From NCBI GenBank assembly GCA_963721455.1, contig CAVRJG010000051.1, positions 32,001 to 96,000 on the forward strand: 64,000 nucleotides of DNA. Reading direction: 5' to 3'. Below are positions 62,059 through 64,000 of this stretch, piece by piece. This stretch comes from an uncultured Methanosarcinaceae archaeon (lineage in GTDB: Archaea > Halobacteriota > Methanosarcinia > Methanosarcinales > Methanosarcinaceae). The notes under the pieces were generated by a model that was not told where the DNA came from, did no database searches, and saw nothing but the letters and a program-made list of their open reading frames with translations. Numbering within the stretch: the stretch's first letter is position 1; each line of letters opens with the position of its first letter. A program made the translations under genes and the position numbers.

Positions 62059-63981
62059 ATGGTAAAATTTCAAGGTGACACGATGACCATCAAGGACAAA
62101 TATTTAAAAATTTTATCATGCCTGGTTATTCTCCTACTGGGCTTATCCCTTGTTCCGTCTGCATCTGCCAGCAGTCCTCCTACTATCCCCAACGTGTTTG
62201 AAGGAAACCTTAAAGGAGATGCTGCAAATGCGGGTCCCGGAATTACAATATCTGCATATATAGATTCAGAGCTTGTTGGCTCGAACACTCTTAAAGAGAT
62301 TGGAAAGTACAAAGTGACAGTCTCGGGTACTGAGAAATATAATGGAAAAGCGATAACCTTCAAGCTGGGAGGCGTCGCATCCGAACCTGTTTCCGTTACC
62401 TATAAGCACGGAGCTTTGCCAGCGAAACTTGACCTGACTTTCTACGGAGACTTTATACCCCCAACTATAGAAACTTTATCTGCATCTCCCATATTCATCC
62501 TGAATGACGGGAAGGATTTCTCGACTGTCACGGCAAAGGTTGTAGATCCAAAATCCTCTAAAATTCCATTAGTGACCATCGACCTTACCCCCATAGGACA
62601 GGGAGTGGTTTCATTGAATTCAGAGGGTGGAAACCTTTATACCTGCAACGTAAACAGTACTGTACCAGGTGAGTTTAAATTAGCCTTTACGGCTGCGTAT
62701 CCCTCCGGAAGCAGTGTTACAGAGAGGATCTCTATCACCGTATTGAAAGAAAGTGAACTCGCAACCAGGTTTGGAGGCGCTGACGGGGTCTTCTCTCCTG
62801 AGGAAATTAAGACTCTTGTAAATGATAACAATGTATCCAGTGGAATCAAATATGCAGTTCTGAGTGGATACTTTGCTGATGGGTGGGATCGGATTTTATA
62901 TGCTGCTCAGGCTTCGGCAGGCAGTTCAGGAAGGGCTTTTCCTTCTTCGGTCACTCCCAATCAGGAGTTCCAGGTAACGGTCAATGTAGCCGACTACGGT
63001 GCTGCCGGGCAGGTCCTTGAAATGCTTCCTGCTGGTTTCACATTTGTTGGCTCGAATCTTCCGGAAAGAGCTATAACTGTAAATGGCAGCAATGTTTCCT
63101 TCCTGTTGATGAATGAAAAAAGCCTCAGCTACACCCTGAAAGCTCCGGCATCAACCGGTACATACAAAATTGTGGGTCTTTTAAGAGATATCAACAAAGC
63201 TGAATTTGCTATCCTTCCTGCCGACTGTTCCATCACTGTCAGTCAACCTTCCAGTAGCGACTCAGGCGGAAGCAGCTCAGGCGGAAGCAGTTCACACGGA
63301 AGCAGTTCAGGCGGCGGAGCAGGCGGTTCCCCCGAGCCCCAGAGCAACGTCGCTTCCAAGGAGCTGTCCCAGAAGTCTATCATCGCTGGAACACACGTAA
63401 AGTTCGAGTTTCCAAAGGGTACAACCTGCATAAGGTATGTGGAGTTTGATGCCAAAAAGAATCTGGGAAAGATCACTACTGTTGTCGAAATGTTGAAAGG
63501 TCAGTCCAAGCTGGTTTCGAGCCTGCCTGAAGGCACAGTTTACAAAAACGTGAACATCTGGGTAGGTTCAGGAGGAATAGCAAATCCTGAAAACATCGAA
63601 AACGCGGTCGTCGGCTTCAGAGTCGAAAAGACATGGCTCGAAAAATGCGGAGCTAATGCAACGTCTCTGGCTCTCTGGCACTACGATAAAACATGGAGCA
63701 AGCTTGAAACCAAAGAAGTTGGTGAAGACAACACCTACGTTTTCTTCGACGCCAAAACTCCAGGTTTCGGTCCCTTCACAATTGTCGTACCCAATGAGAA
63801 CATAGAACTGAATCCTTCTGATTTGGTAAGTGGCAACTCCCCCATTCCTGAGGTTCCGAAATCGAACCTGGCGTCTGATTCGGAAAAGCCTTCGGACGAG
63901 AAATCATCTATTCCAGGTTTTGAGTCCGTAGCAGCCCTCGGAGTCCTTGGAGCTGTGTACCAGGTCCTGAGACGGAAGTAA
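62059..63981 (+). CDS. PGF-pre-PGF domain surface protein with PGF-CTERM archaeosortase signal
   Basis: Signal peptide; GGGAGGSPEP...TPGFGPF; C-terminal IPGFESVAALGVLGAVYQVLRRK. Confidence 0.9.
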   Translation: MVKFQGDTMTIKDKYLKILSCLVILLLGLSLVPSASASSPPTIPNVFEGNLKGDAANAGPGITISAYIDSELVGSNTLKEIGKYKVTVSGTEKYNGKAITFKLGGVASEPVSVTYKHGALPAKLDLTFYGDFIPPTIETLSASPIFILNDGKDFSTVTAKVVDPKSSKIPLVTIDLTPIGQGVVSLNSEGGNLYTCNVNSTVPGEFKLAFTAAYPSGSSVTERISITVLKESELATRFGGADGVFSPEEIKTLVNDNNVSSGIKYAVLSGYFADGWDRILYAAQASAGSSGRAFPSSVTPNQEFQVTVNVADYGAAGQVLEMLPAGFTFVGSNLPERAITVNGSNVSFLLMNEKSLSYTLKAPASTGTYKIVGLLRDINKAEFAILPADCSITVSQPSSSDSGGSSSGGSSSHGSSSGGGAGGSPEPQSNVASKELSQKSIIAGTHVKFEFPKGTTCIRYVEFDAKKNLGKITTVVEMLKGQSKLVSSLPEGTVYKNVNIWVGSGGIANPENIENAVVGFRVEKTWLEKCGANATSLALWHYDKTWSKLETKEVGEDNTYVFFDAKTPGFGPFTIVVPNENIELNPSDLVSGNSPIPEVPKSNLASDSEKPSDEKSSIPGFESVAALGVLGAVYQVLRRK

Positions 63982-64000
63982 GAATAAAGTACTAAATCCC

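Overview
Chromosomal segment of a methanogenic archaeon, almost certainly Methanosarcina (mtxXAH, fae, DUF1699, DUF39-CBS/NIL-ferredoxin homocysteine genes, PGF-pre-PGF and PKD surface proteins, GGGGG/GGAGG RBSs). It is mostly housekeeping: ilvD, rfcL, cdc48, ribC/ribH/ribL, aminotransferases, AlaX, thi4, an MgtA-type ATPase, tRNA-Val and tRNA-His. I see no CRISPR array, integrase or intact transposase. Four genes are interrupted (methyltransferase, class V aminotransferase, VOC protein, thi4); some of these may be sequencing errors. Best unexplained signals: (1) three unannotated minus-strand sRNA-like units with a shared GTGA(A/G)CGGG...CCCG(C/T)TCAC closing stem, their own TATA box and a T-rich end, two with repeated C-rich anti-RBS loops; (2) a three-gene surface-protein cluster behind a structured ~500-nt leader that looks like a modular docking system; (3) a small PEP-repeat peptide / TIR-Zn-ribbon / hypothetical operon; (4) modular REP/MITE-like hairpin repeats, one supplying a gene's C-terminus; (5) a winged-helix gene that appears to start at ATT. 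All product calls come from motif recognition by eye, not from database searches.
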